NCBI GenBank assembly: GCA_963169855.1
Contig: CAUJCN010000002.1
Coordinates: 69,508-133,507, forward strand
DNA: 64,000 nucleotides
Reading direction: 5' to 3'
DNA from: Patescibacteria group bacterium
GTDB taxonomy: Bacteria > Patescibacteriota > Dojkabacteria > J137
In this document: piece after piece, positions 49,185 through 58,439 of the stretch
Position numbering within the stretch: the first letter of the stretch is position 1
Layout: each line of letters opens with the position of its first letter
Notes under the pieces: generated by a model
What the model saw: the letters and a program-made list of their open reading frames with translations, nothing else
Told to the model about the DNA's origin: nothing
Databases searched by the model: none
Made by a program: the position numbers and the translations under genes

Positions 49185-50285
49185 TTAAGCTTCGCCTCTT
49201 TTTGATAAAGCTTTATTCTGTATATCTAATACAGTTTGGAATGCTCCTGGATTTGCGTCCATACCTACAATTCTGATCATTATCTTTAAAGCATCTTGGA
49301 CTGCATACCTTCTAGTTATATCACCTACGTCTGTTGCCAACAAGCTATTTAAGTAGTAACAAATATTTACAATCAACATAAAAGTGTCTACTGCTGCAAC
49401 TTCTGGATTTTTTTCGTAGTTAGCTCTAAACGCCTTAATTGCTGTAACTACATCATTAGCTGTTAAGTTATCGAAATCACTTAGAAGTGTTTTTAAAGTG
49501 TGATTAAGATCTGTGAATATATGTGGAGGAGTTGTTCTACCAGCTACGGATTGAGCTGAGTAATCTTGTTTTATATTTTCCAATTTATAAGCAGTCTTTC
49601 TCCAATTCTCGTGAGCTTTTACCATTTCATTTACAATTCCAAACTCTTCTGCAATACCCAAGTGCAGGGTTAATCCGTCAATTGTTGTTTCTCGATTCAA
49701 ATTAAGAACTGCATAGTATATTTCCTGAACAAGCTGCCTATCTGTTTTGCTCAGTTTACCTTCTACAAGATCGCTAAAATCAATATTATTTTGAACTAGA
49801 AGGTTTTTAACGAAATCTATCCAATGTGTATTTCCAGTTAATATTCTTTCTTGAGCTGAAATGATCCAATCTCTAAATTCTTGAGAAGTTAATTTATCTA
49901 GATAATCAAAATATGAAGCATTCGCTTTGAAAGCTAAGGAAAATTCAGCCTTGAATGTTGCTAAATCTTGTCTATATTGACTCTCATATTGATAAGGATT
50001 TTGAGCAATACGATGCATTAGTGGGAACAACGAACTTGGAATCATTACTGGGTGACCATCTTTTCCAAGTTCTTCAACTCTATCTCTTGTTGGCCAAGGA
50101 GTTCTTGTGTCGAATTGATGCTCTAACCAACTTTCGTGAGTATCAATAATTACTTGTTGAGATATCAAACTTAGTGCTTCAGCATCTGACATAGATTCCG
50201 ACTGCACAGCTTTGTAACGCATAAACTCAGGAGTAGCTCCCGAATCTGGTTCAGACATTGGATTTAACGATGCTGTACTTCTCAT
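49185..50285 (-). CDS. Hypothetical helical protein with two HExW motifs (RyR-repeat-like)
   Basis: 'THESW...HPVMIP' and 'AHENW'. Confidence 0.6.
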   Translation of the reverse strand: MRSTASLNPMSEPDSGATPEFMRYKAVQSESMSDAEALSLISQQVIIDTHESWLEHQFDTRTPWPTRDRVEELGKDGHPVMIPSSLFPLMHRIAQNPYQYESQYRQDLATFKAEFSLAFKANASYFDYLDKLTSQEFRDWIISAQERILTGNTHWIDFVKNLLVQNNIDFSDLVEGKLSKTDRQLVQEIYYAVLNLNRETTIDGLTLHLGIAEEFGIVNEMVKAHENWRKTAYKLENIKQDYSAQSVAGRTTPPHIFTDLNHTLKTLLSDFDNLTANDVVTAIKAFRANYEKNPEVAAVDTFMLIVNICYYLNSLLATDVGDITRRYAVQDALKIMIRIVGMDANPGAFQTVLDIQNKALSKRGEA

Positions 50286-50421
50286 ATAAAATAAATTAAT
50301 TTAATAAATAACTATAGCGATTGTAATTTCCTTTACCTATATAGTTTTGACAAATAATGTCTAAATTGATGCCAATTCTGACAACTACCAACTAAATGTT
50401 AAAAACTGCTAAAATTTAGCT

Positions 50422-51549
50422 ATGAATAAGTTGAAAGAAGATGTAATCGGACTCTTGAACATGGGACTCAACCCTACAGTGGTGGGTTTCCAAGATGATG
50501 GGCTTTTTTACCTGTTCGACTCCCTTTTGAAAGGTAAACTGAGTTCTAATGGATACGATCCTACATTTACATTCACTCATGTAACTTTAGATTCAGGGTC
50601 AAAAATCACTAGTGAAAATTTAGAATTAGAAATAAATCGTGGATTAGAGTCTGATCCGTTTCCTGGGAACACTATTTACGAAACAATAGCTAATCAAATT
50701 GAAGTTGTTTGTGTAATGGATAATATTGCTGATTTGCAAAGTATCGAGACAATTATAGAAGTTTGCGATAATTTGATAAAGAAGTACCGAGAGAAACTTA
50801 GATTTGTTTATATAGTAGAAGACCCTAGCCTGTTGAGTAAGCTAAAAAACAAAATTTTCGCTCAATCTAGCTTCTTCGATGCAGTTGTATATCAAAAAAT
50901 TGGAGTAAATTGGGATGAAGAAAGTTTATACGAATTTTTAAAACCTCAGTTTAAGAAAGAATTGACTGCTGATCAGCTAAATCTATTAAAAGAGATTTCT
51001 GGAAATCATTTTGGAACTTACAAACGCTTATACAAAGATTGGGTTTTGAACCTAGAAACAACACAACGATACGTAGAGTTGTTGATTGAGAATTTTGATC
51101 CAGCAACGCTAAATACCTTCAGGAAAGTAATTAGAAATGAGCAATTGAATTCTGATGAGGAGAAAATTGCTTCTGATTATTCTAAAGTAAATTTACTTAA
51201 AGGAAATAAGATTACTATTCCAATTTTAGAATCTGCAATTAAAAATTCAAAAGTTCCTAACAAAATTTTTATAGATACGACTGATAAACTTTCTGGATTA
51301 GATTTAAATCTACTTTCCAAAACTGAGAGAGACATTACGGAAGCGTTAATGAAAACTAATGAAATTATTTCGAAAGAAGAAATGGGAAATGTAATTTGGA
51401 AAGATCGCGCAGGAGAAATGTTCTCTGTTTGGGCTGTAGATCAAAGAATATCGCGACTAAGAAGGAAGTTTATGGATCTTGGTTTAGAATATGATATTCA
51501 AACAGTTTATGGGAAAGGGTTTAAATTGGTAAAATTTGGAAATAACTAA
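50422..51549 (+). CDS. Transcriptional regulator: degenerate P-loop/AAA-like N-terminus plus OmpR-type winged helix
   Basis: C-terminal 'I.SKEE....IW......S.WAVD..ISRLR.K.......I.TV.G.GF.L'. Confidence 0.82.
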   Translation: MNKLKEDVIGLLNMGLNPTVVGFQDDGLFYLFDSLLKGKLSSNGYDPTFTFTHVTLDSGSKITSENLELEINRGLESDPFPGNTIYETIANQIEVVCVMDNIADLQSIETIIEVCDNLIKKYREKLRFVYIVEDPSLLSKLKNKIFAQSSFFDAVVYQKIGVNWDEESLYEFLKPQFKKELTADQLNLLKEISGNHFGTYKRLYKDWVLNLETTQRYVELLIENFDPATLNTFRKVIRNEQLNSDEEKIASDYSKVNLLKGNKITIPILESAIKNSKVPNKIFIDTTDKLSGLDLNLLSKTERDITEALMKTNEIISKEEMGNVIWKDRAGEMFSVWAVDQRISRLRRKFMDLGLEYDIQTVYGKGFKLVKFGNN

Positions 51550-51550
51550 A

Positions 51551-53317
51551 CTACATTCTCTCCACTTGAAGCTTGTATGCTTCGGCATAAATTCCATTCT
51601 TCTTCATCAGATCATCGTGTGTTCCTTCTTCTGCAATTTCACCGTCAGACATTACGATAATCCTGTCCGCATTTTTAACTGTAGAAAACCTGTGAGAGAT
51701 TATCACAACAGTTTTATCTTTAAAGAATTCATAAATATTGTTAAAGATTTTGAATTCTGATTTAGCGTCAATCGCAGATGTTGGTTCGTCGAAAATTAAA
51801 AGGGGAGCATCTTTGTAAAAGAAACGAGCAAGTGCAAGTTTTTGACTCTGACCTCCAGACAATCTTATCCCTCCTTTAAATCTTTCGGATGGAATTGTTT
51901 CGTATTGATTTGGTAACGCTTCAATGAATTCTGTTGCATCAGCTAATTCCACAGCCGCACGAACTTTCTCCATGGAAATTTTTTCATCTTGATCTAGTGC
52001 AATATTTTGTTTTATAGAAACTGATTCATAATTAAAGAAATCTTGAAAGATTACACCCATGTTTTCGAAATGATCTGCATAGCTTATCTCATTTAAATTA
52101 ACGCCATTTACAAGAATCTCGCCTTTCTCGACATCGTAAAGTTTAGAAAGGAGTTTGATCAGGGTCGTTTTCCCAGCTCCGTTTTCTCCTACAATCGCAA
52201 TCTTCTCACCCTGCTCTATTTTGAGGTTTAAATTCTTAATAACTTCTTTTTCCGAGCGAGCGTAATTAAAACTTAAATTATTAATTTCTATTTCTGGTGC
52301 TCTTCCCGTTACAAATGTTCTAAAGTTTTTCTCCTGAGGTTTAAGCTCCAAGAATTTCCTAAATTCATTTATATCAATTGAGAATTGTGAAAGAAAACTC
52401 ATCTCATCGGCAAGTGCAGAAACAGCAGTATTAAATCTAGTTAAACTTGCAAAACGAAAAGTCATTGTACCCAAAGAAATAAAATTCTCGATGTAAGCTA
52501 TGACCGTTGAAACATATCCGAAGAAGTACACTATTTGCATTGGAAGGCCTGAAAGAAATTCAGCAATTTCCCAGCTTCTTACAATTCTTAAATACCCATC
52601 AAGATATTTTATTCTGAACGATTTAAAGAGACCATCAAAGAAATTGAACGAATCGTTAATTTTAATATCCTTTAAATAAAGTGACTCAGATAGATACGTT
52701 TTAGTTGTCCAAGCTCGTCTTTCTTCTTCGGTCCATTTTCTTCTGAATTCGAAATCTTTTCTTATAAATCGTCTGATAGAAAAGTAATATAAAAGCGAAC
52801 CAAGAATGTACGCCAATATATAGAAAGGAAGAAAGGCAACAATTATCAAAAGATCTGCTACAAGTCCAGTAAAGATAGAAATTACATGAACAACACTTCT
52901 GAAAAGGTCTAAAGATTTTCTTACACTTTCAGAAGCACGCATCATTAGATTGTTAATTTCAGGGTTTTCTAGTTGTTCTAAAGTTAAATCTGCGGCCTTT
53001 TGGTAAATTCGTTCTGTACCAAAAAATCTTATATTCTGAGAAAGGTAAGTAGAAGAATAGGCGTTAATATGAATGGATATTCTTTCTGAAACTATGATTC
53101 CAAATAGAATAAGAATATTTGTAATCACCAAAGAAATTTTCTGTTCTTTTGTAACATCTCCTAACAAAAGAATATCGATAATTCTTGCACCCTGAAGTGT
53201 TAGAGCAATTGGAACAATTTTTCTAAAGACAGAAGTAAGTATGAACAAAAAGGTTCTCGATTTCGAAATTCCAAATACAAAACTTATAGACCAAAGTGCG
53301 TTAGAGAAAATGTTCAT
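51551..53317 (-). CDS. ABC transporter, fused permease/ATPase
   Basis: GENGAGKTT, LSGGQ, IFDEPT, SHR. Confidence 0.9.
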   Translation of the reverse strand: MNIFSNALWSISFVFGISKSRTFLFILTSVFRKIVPIALTLQGARIIDILLLGDVTKEQKISLVITNILILFGIIVSERISIHINAYSSTYLSQNIRFFGTERIYQKAADLTLEQLENPEINNLMMRASESVRKSLDLFRSVVHVISIFTGLVADLLIIVAFLPFYILAYILGSLLYYFSIRRFIRKDFEFRRKWTEEERRAWTTKTYLSESLYLKDIKINDSFNFFDGLFKSFRIKYLDGYLRIVRSWEIAEFLSGLPMQIVYFFGYVSTVIAYIENFISLGTMTFRFASLTRFNTAVSALADEMSFLSQFSIDINEFRKFLELKPQEKNFRTFVTGRAPEIEINNLSFNYARSEKEVIKNLNLKIEQGEKIAIVGENGAGKTTLIKLLSKLYDVEKGEILVNGVNLNEISYADHFENMGVIFQDFFNYESVSIKQNIALDQDEKISMEKVRAAVELADATEFIEALPNQYETIPSERFKGGIRLSGGQSQKLALARFFYKDAPLLIFDEPTSAIDAKSEFKIFNNIYEFFKDKTVVIISHRFSTVKNADRIIVMSDGEIAEEGTHDDLMKKNGIYAEAYKLQVERM

Positions 53318-53354
53318 TAAGTAATAATAAACTAAAGAATTTGAGATTTAAAGA

Positions 53355-54115
53355 CTAGAATATTAATCTCCAGGGAACAAATTTTACAAAGAATGTGATT
53401 GCAATCCAATAAGGTAAGCCAGGAATGACAACTGCCTTGTTACGCCTAAAACCCTTGTAACCTCTTTTCGCTACAAATTCTGTTGAGTAACTAATTGCTT
53501 TGTAGAAAGTTGAAAGTTTGTAACCAGTATTCGCACGACTAAAGAATTGTGTTCTAGTAACTGGTGGACAAAGAACTGTTACGCCAACCCCACGTTTGCG
53601 TAATTCACCTCTCAAACCTAGAGAAAAGTTATAAATGTATGTTTTAACTGAGGAGTAAATATTTAATGTTGAGCTTGGTATAAACGCTACTACAGAAGAT
53701 ACGTTCATAATTTGCCCAGAATTTCTTTGCAGATTAGGAATAAAAAGGTTCACAATTTTTGTAAGATTCATCACATGGACTGTAATGACTTCATTTATCT
53801 GTTCTTGAGTAGTATCTGCGACATCTTCGTCTAAACCTTCACCAGCGTTATTTACTAAAAAGCCGATTTCAAGATTATTATTGGTTACAAATTCGTACAA
53901 TCTTTGTGGTGCATCAGATTCAGAAATATCTAATTTCAAAGTTCTAATATCCAAATCCTGTCGTCCAGATTCATTTCTAATTTCATCGGGGTAAAGCTTC
54001 CAATTTAGCTTCGTTTCTTCCAACAATAATTAGATTTACTCCATCCTTAGCAAAATGCCTTGCGAGATCCAATCCCTGAAGTGCTACCTGTAATTAGTGC
54101 ATATGAATTTGTCAT
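53355..54115 (-). pseudogene. Short-chain dehydrogenase/reductase with two frameshifts
   Basis: MTNSYALITGSTSGIG / DLARHFAKDGVNLIIVGRNEAKLEAL / DEIRNE.. lie in three segments; NNAG, YSSVK and CPP.TRT are intact downstream. Confidence 0.85.
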
Positions 54116-54180
54116 ACTACAATATACCATCTTGGAATTAGTTAATTAATATGAGATACTTCAGTAGTTAAAACTGATAC

Positions 54181-55509
54181 ATGAATTTTACTAAAACCAT
54201 GGAATTCGAAGGCGTTGCAATGAAACCTGTTGTTCAACCACAGCTTTTAGCAGGACAGACTCAAGAAGCTTTTTTTCGATACCCAGATACTATTGTGACT
54301 TTGCCATACGGTAGAAACCAGGCTGGCGAAATCGTACTAGGAAATTTCTCTTTTGAAGAAGCAGACACAACTAATAAGAAAACATCCCAACCATTTCCTA
54401 AATACATTCAAAATTCAACTGCATTCAACTTTCCAGAACAAACAGAGATTACCCAAGGAATGACTTTCAAAGATTTCTTCCATTCAGTTATAGTAGGAGA
54501 AGAAACAGATATTCGAAAAATTACTGCAGTTACTGAACTCATGATTTCTCAATACCCTAAAATTTTCGAAAGAATTTTCAACCCTGAAGTTATCAAATCT
54601 GTAAGAAACAAGTACTATTCAGTAATGATAAATACATTGAAAAAATATTCAGCAGATCCAAAGGTTTCGCAGCAAATGCAAGACTACATTCAAATATTCG
54701 AACACAACGGGCTAGAAGGATTAACAACATCAATGTCACAAATCGCTAGTATGTCAGGTAAATATGCAGATAAAATCCATGAAGATCCATGGATGAAAAC
54801 CGATGAATACGGAGTATACACTGGTGGGCAAGAGGTTCTATCTTTCACACATACAGGAGATCTTGTTAAAAATGATATTCCTGATTTAAGAAATGTAAAA
54901 ATTGCGCTGAATTTCGAATATGTTCCGGCTGCACAGAGTTTACAAGTGATTCTAACTGGAGGAGGATTGCAAAGATTTAATGATCCATCAAGACACGCAA
55001 AAATTTTTAAAGGAAAAGATGGATTAATTGATGAACCCCTAAAAGATAGAGTAATGAATTTCTATAATTACTTAACTTCAGCATTGATGTTTGTTTATCA
55101 AGGCGCTGGTGTAGATCAGGATGATATTATCCAAGTTGCCAATAATGCGTGTACAGTTATTATGGAAGTTATTCAGGAAACAGGGAAATCATTAATTCCC
55201 GAAAATTTCCCTGTTTTAGAACAAAAGAATCTACGTGAGATTTCTAAATTTATTCAAAACTTTTTCCCTTTGGATTTTAAACCTAACCCAGAAATCACAA
55301 CTGTAACTACTTCCATCATGTTTCCTAAGATTGTAGGTACAGTTGCAGAAAATGCAACAAATACAGCAGACGAGGTACTAGAACCAGTTGCGTTAAACAT
55401 GAGCTTGGAAGATCTTCTTGTGTTGATTCAACAAGGACTTATTCAAGACCAAAGATTAATAGCTGCAACTGGAACTTTTATTGCAAAAGAAATTTTCAAC
55501 TTAAACTGA
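54181..55509 (+). CDS. Hypothetical protein, possibly a Nudix fold with a large insertion
   Basis: 'YPDTIVTLPY....GEIVL', 'EVIQETG', 'F.P.P', 'SLEDLL..IQQG.IQD.R.IAA'. Confidence 0.55.
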   Translation: MNFTKTMEFEGVAMKPVVQPQLLAGQTQEAFFRYPDTIVTLPYGRNQAGEIVLGNFSFEEADTTNKKTSQPFPKYIQNSTAFNFPEQTEITQGMTFKDFFHSVIVGEETDIRKITAVTELMISQYPKIFERIFNPEVIKSVRNKYYSVMINTLKKYSADPKVSQQMQDYIQIFEHNGLEGLTTSMSQIASMSGKYADKIHEDPWMKTDEYGVYTGGQEVLSFTHTGDLVKNDIPDLRNVKIALNFEYVPAAQSLQVILTGGGLQRFNDPSRHAKIFKGKDGLIDEPLKDRVMNFYNYLTSALMFVYQGAGVDQDDIIQVANNACTVIMEVIQETGKSLIPENFPVLEQKNLREISKFIQNFFPLDFKPNPEITTVTTSIMFPKIVGTVAENATNTADEVLEPVALNMSLEDLLVLIQQGLIQDQRLIAATGTFIAKEIFNLN

Positions 55510-55512
55510 TAA

Positions 55513-55959
55513 TTATTTCTTTAAAGAATCTCTAATTTGTTTTAGAACTTTTAATTCCTCTGAATCTGGAACAACAGTTTCTTTAATTTTTTCGTCTTCT
55601 TTGATTTCTTCTTTCTTTTGCTCTCTTTTAACTCGATTGATTACTTTGACAAACAGGAAAACTGATGCTGCAATTATTAAAAAGTTGAAAGTAATTTGAA
55701 GAAAGTTTCCATATCTAACTGATACTTCAGGCATTAACTTCTCACCCTCCGTGTATGCTTCCCTAATTACTACTTTCAAATCAGTAAAGTTTACATTACC
55801 AATCAAAACCCCAACTGGAGGCATGATAATATCTTCAACAATTGAAGTTACTATTCTTCCAAACGCAGTTCCTAAAATAACTCCAACTGCTAAATCGATT
55901 ACGTTTCCTCTAGATATAAATTCTTTGAATTCTTGGATTAGTGATTTATTTTCTGCCAT
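55513..55959 (-). CDS. mscL: Large-conductance mechanosensitive channel
   Basis: 'EFKEFI.RGNVIDLAVGVI.G.AF..IV.S.V.DIIMP', 'YG.F', 'L.QIRD.L'. Confidence 0.96.
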   Translation of the reverse strand: MAENKSLIQEFKEFISRGNVIDLAVGVILGTAFGRIVTSIVEDIIMPPVGVLIGNVNFTDLKVVIREAYTEGEKLMPEVSVRYGNFLQITFNFLIIAASVFLFVKVINRVKREQKKEEIKEDEKIKETVVPDSEELKVLKQIRDSLKK

Positions 55960-56041
55960 AACTGTATAAAAGTTTCAAAATTTAAAGCTAAAAGATTAAA
56001 AATAATCTGACTAAATTTTATCACAACGTTTAATCTAAAGC

Positions 56042-56066
56042 AGATCCCGCATCAAGTGCGGGATCT
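56042..56066. repeat. REP-like palindrome family A downstream of dnaK
   Basis: AGATCCCGCA-TCAAG-TGCGGGATCT. Confidence 0.9.
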
Positions 56067-56087
56067 AATAATCAAGTTGTTGTAACC

Positions 56088-58022
56088 TTAGTTGTTGTCT
56101 TTTTCTGGATCGATAACCTCGCTTGGTTCAGCTGGTTCATCGTTTGTTGGAGTTGGAACTCCAGATCCATCATTTGGTTGTGCTTCTGGTTGAGAATTGC
56201 TTTGATATAAAGTTGCATCTACGCCTTGCAAAGCTTCCATTAATTCCTTAGTAGCATTTTCTAAATTAGCCAATTCTGCGCTATTAGAATCTTTTACAGT
56301 CTTAAGTTCAGTTTTTGTTTTTTCAACACTTTCCTCAAGCTTCATCTTATCCTCTTCCTTCACCTTGTCTTTATTTTCAGATAAAAGTTTTTCTGTTTGA
56401 TAAATTACAGTTTCAGCTTCGTTTATAGCTTTTAATCTTGCGAGTTCTAACTGATCCTTTTGTGCATTCTCAGCAGCTTCTTTTACGAATTTATCGATTT
56501 CAGCCTGATCTAATTGAGTAGATGCTGTAATTGTAATCTGTTGCTCTTTCTGAGATTTAAGATCTTTAGCTTTAACATTCAAGATTCCGTTTGCATCTAG
56601 TTTAAATGTAATTGCAAATCTTGGTGTATTTCTTGGTGCTGGATCAATTCCATCCAATCTAAAGTTTCCTAAAACCTTGTTATCTCTTGCCAAAGGTCTT
56701 TCTCCTTGGAGAACTTTTACATCGATTGCTGGTTGATTATCCACGGCAGTTGTAAACATATCTTCAGTTTTTTCAGTTGGGATTGTTGTGTTTCTTGGAA
56801 TTAATACGTGCATTTCTCCAGCATTAACTTCTAAACCTAATGATAACGGTGTAACGTCCAATAAAGTAATGTCTTGAACAGAAGAATCTCCTGCAAGAAC
56901 TGCAGCCTGTAGAGATGCTCCAACAGCTACAACTTCATCTGGGTTAACACTTAGGTTTGGTTTCTTTCCAAAGAATTCTTCCACTTTCTTTAAAACCAAA
57001 GGCATTCTTGTCATACCTCCAACCATAATTACTTCTTGAATTTCTGATTTAGAAATTCCTGCGTCTGTAATAGCCTTATTTACTGAATCAAAAGTTCTTT
57101 CGATAAGATTCATTACTAATTTCTCGTAGTCTGCTTTCGATAAAGTCATTCTGAAATGCTTAGGACCTTTTGCATCAGCAGTGATGTAAGGTAAGTTCAC
57201 TTCTGTAGATTCTGCACTAGACAATGTAATCTTTGCTTTTTCTGCAGCTTCTTTTAATCTTTGTAATGCTGCGGGATCTTCTTTCAAATCAATTCCCTGA
57301 TCTTTCTTGAATTCAGCAATCATGTGGTCGATTAATACTTGGTCGAAGTCGTCTCCTCCTAAGTGAGTGTCTCCAGATGTAGATTTCACTTCGTAAACAC
57401 CATCTCCAATTTCTAAGACAGAAACATCGAATGTTCCTCCTCCTAAGTCGTAAACAATTATTGTTTGATCTCCTTGTTTATCAAGACCGTACGCAATTGC
57501 TGCTGCTGTAGGTTCGTTAATAATTCTTAGAACTTCTAGTCCTGCGATCTGACCTGCATTCTTTGTTGCCTGTCTTTGTGCATCATCAAAGTAAGCTGGA
57601 ACAGTAATTACTGCTTGATTTACAGGCTCACCTAGATAAGCTTCCGCGTCGGCTTTAATTTTTGCTAAAACTTTAGCAGAGATAACTTCTGGTGCAACCC
57701 ATTGATCACCAAATTTAATTTCAATTCCGTCTTTTGCACTCTTTCTAATTTCGAAAGGTAAAAGACCTACATCTTTCTGGACAGCAGCATCGTCGAAACG
57801 TCTACCGATTAATCTTTTGATTGAATAAAATGTCTGCTCAGGATTTGTAACCATTTGGTTTTTTGCTGTGATTCCAACAATTTCTGATTGAACGTCTACA
57901 GCTACAACAGATGGAACTAGTCTAGATCCTTCTTTACTCGTAATAACTTCAGGTTTTCCTGCCTGTACGAAGGCAACTACTGAGTTTGTTGTTCCTAAGT
58001 CGATTCCTACAACTTTTGCCAT
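56088..58022 (-). CDS. dnaK: Chaperone DnaK
   Basis: GIDLGTTNS, TVPAYF, NEPTAAA, DLGGGTFD, LLDVTPLSLG. Confidence 0.98.
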   Translation of the reverse strand: MAKVVGIDLGTTNSVVAFVQAGKPEVITSKEGSRLVPSVVAVDVQSEIVGITAKNQMVTNPEQTFYSIKRLIGRRFDDAAVQKDVGLLPFEIRKSAKDGIEIKFGDQWVAPEVISAKVLAKIKADAEAYLGEPVNQAVITVPAYFDDAQRQATKNAGQIAGLEVLRIINEPTAAAIAYGLDKQGDQTIIVYDLGGGTFDVSVLEIGDGVYEVKSTSGDTHLGGDDFDQVLIDHMIAEFKKDQGIDLKEDPAALQRLKEAAEKAKITLSSAESTEVNLPYITADAKGPKHFRMTLSKADYEKLVMNLIERTFDSVNKAITDAGISKSEIQEVIMVGGMTRMPLVLKKVEEFFGKKPNLSVNPDEVVAVGASLQAAVLAGDSSVQDITLLDVTPLSLGLEVNAGEMHVLIPRNTTIPTEKTEDMFTTAVDNQPAIDVKVLQGERPLARDNKVLGNFRLDGIDPAPRNTPRFAITFKLDANGILNVKAKDLKSQKEQQITITASTQLDQAEIDKFVKEAAENAQKDQLELARLKAINEAETVIYQTEKLLSENKDKVKEEDKMKLEESVEKTKTELKTVKDSNSAELANLENATKELMEALQGVDATLYQSNSQPEAQPNDGSGVPTPTNDEPAEPSEVIDPEKDNN

Positions 58023-58128
58023 AATAATAAAAGTTTAAAAATAAAAAGGTCTAAAGATTAAATTAAGCTCGAAATTCAAAGATTGAAGTTCGAAAATTAA
58101 TTAATCTTACACTTTATTCCTAATGTGA

Positions 58129-58191
58129 GCCACTAGGTGGCTTGTCGAACCATCAAGGTAATTTCACATTTCGACTTCGCTCATGTGACAC
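58129..58191. repeat. Degenerate family B REP doublet in the dnaK leader
   Basis: GGTGGCTTGTCGAACC and CACATTTCGACTTCGCTCATGTGACAC. Confidence 0.65.
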
Positions 58192-58205
58192 CTTTGCTGC
58201 TCGAA

Positions 58206-58245
58206 TTAGCAGTATAAGTATAAGCCTGCTAATTTATTGTGTCAA
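58206..58245 (-). promoter_or_regulatory. dnaK promoter with overlapping CIRCE
   Basis: TTGACA-N17-TATACT; TTAGCAGGC-N9-TACTGCTAA at 58232-58206. Confidence 0.9.
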
Positions 58246-58439
58246 GAATTAATATGTTACAAAATGGGATTTTATAGTTCTACTAACTGTTTTTTTAACT
58301 CTTCAATTAATTCATCAATAATTGTATGTAATGATTCAATTCCTGCGACAATCTCGATAGTTATGTTTAGCTCCCTTTGTAGATAATTCTTTTGTACTAC
58401 TAGGGAAGTTACGAAAGTGAGATGAAAGTTGCACAGCGA

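Noticed and set aside
58272-58439. 55 open codons in frame after the TGA of 58440..59693 (read-through)
   Set aside because: No start codon or recognisable motif; could be chance or a small remnant
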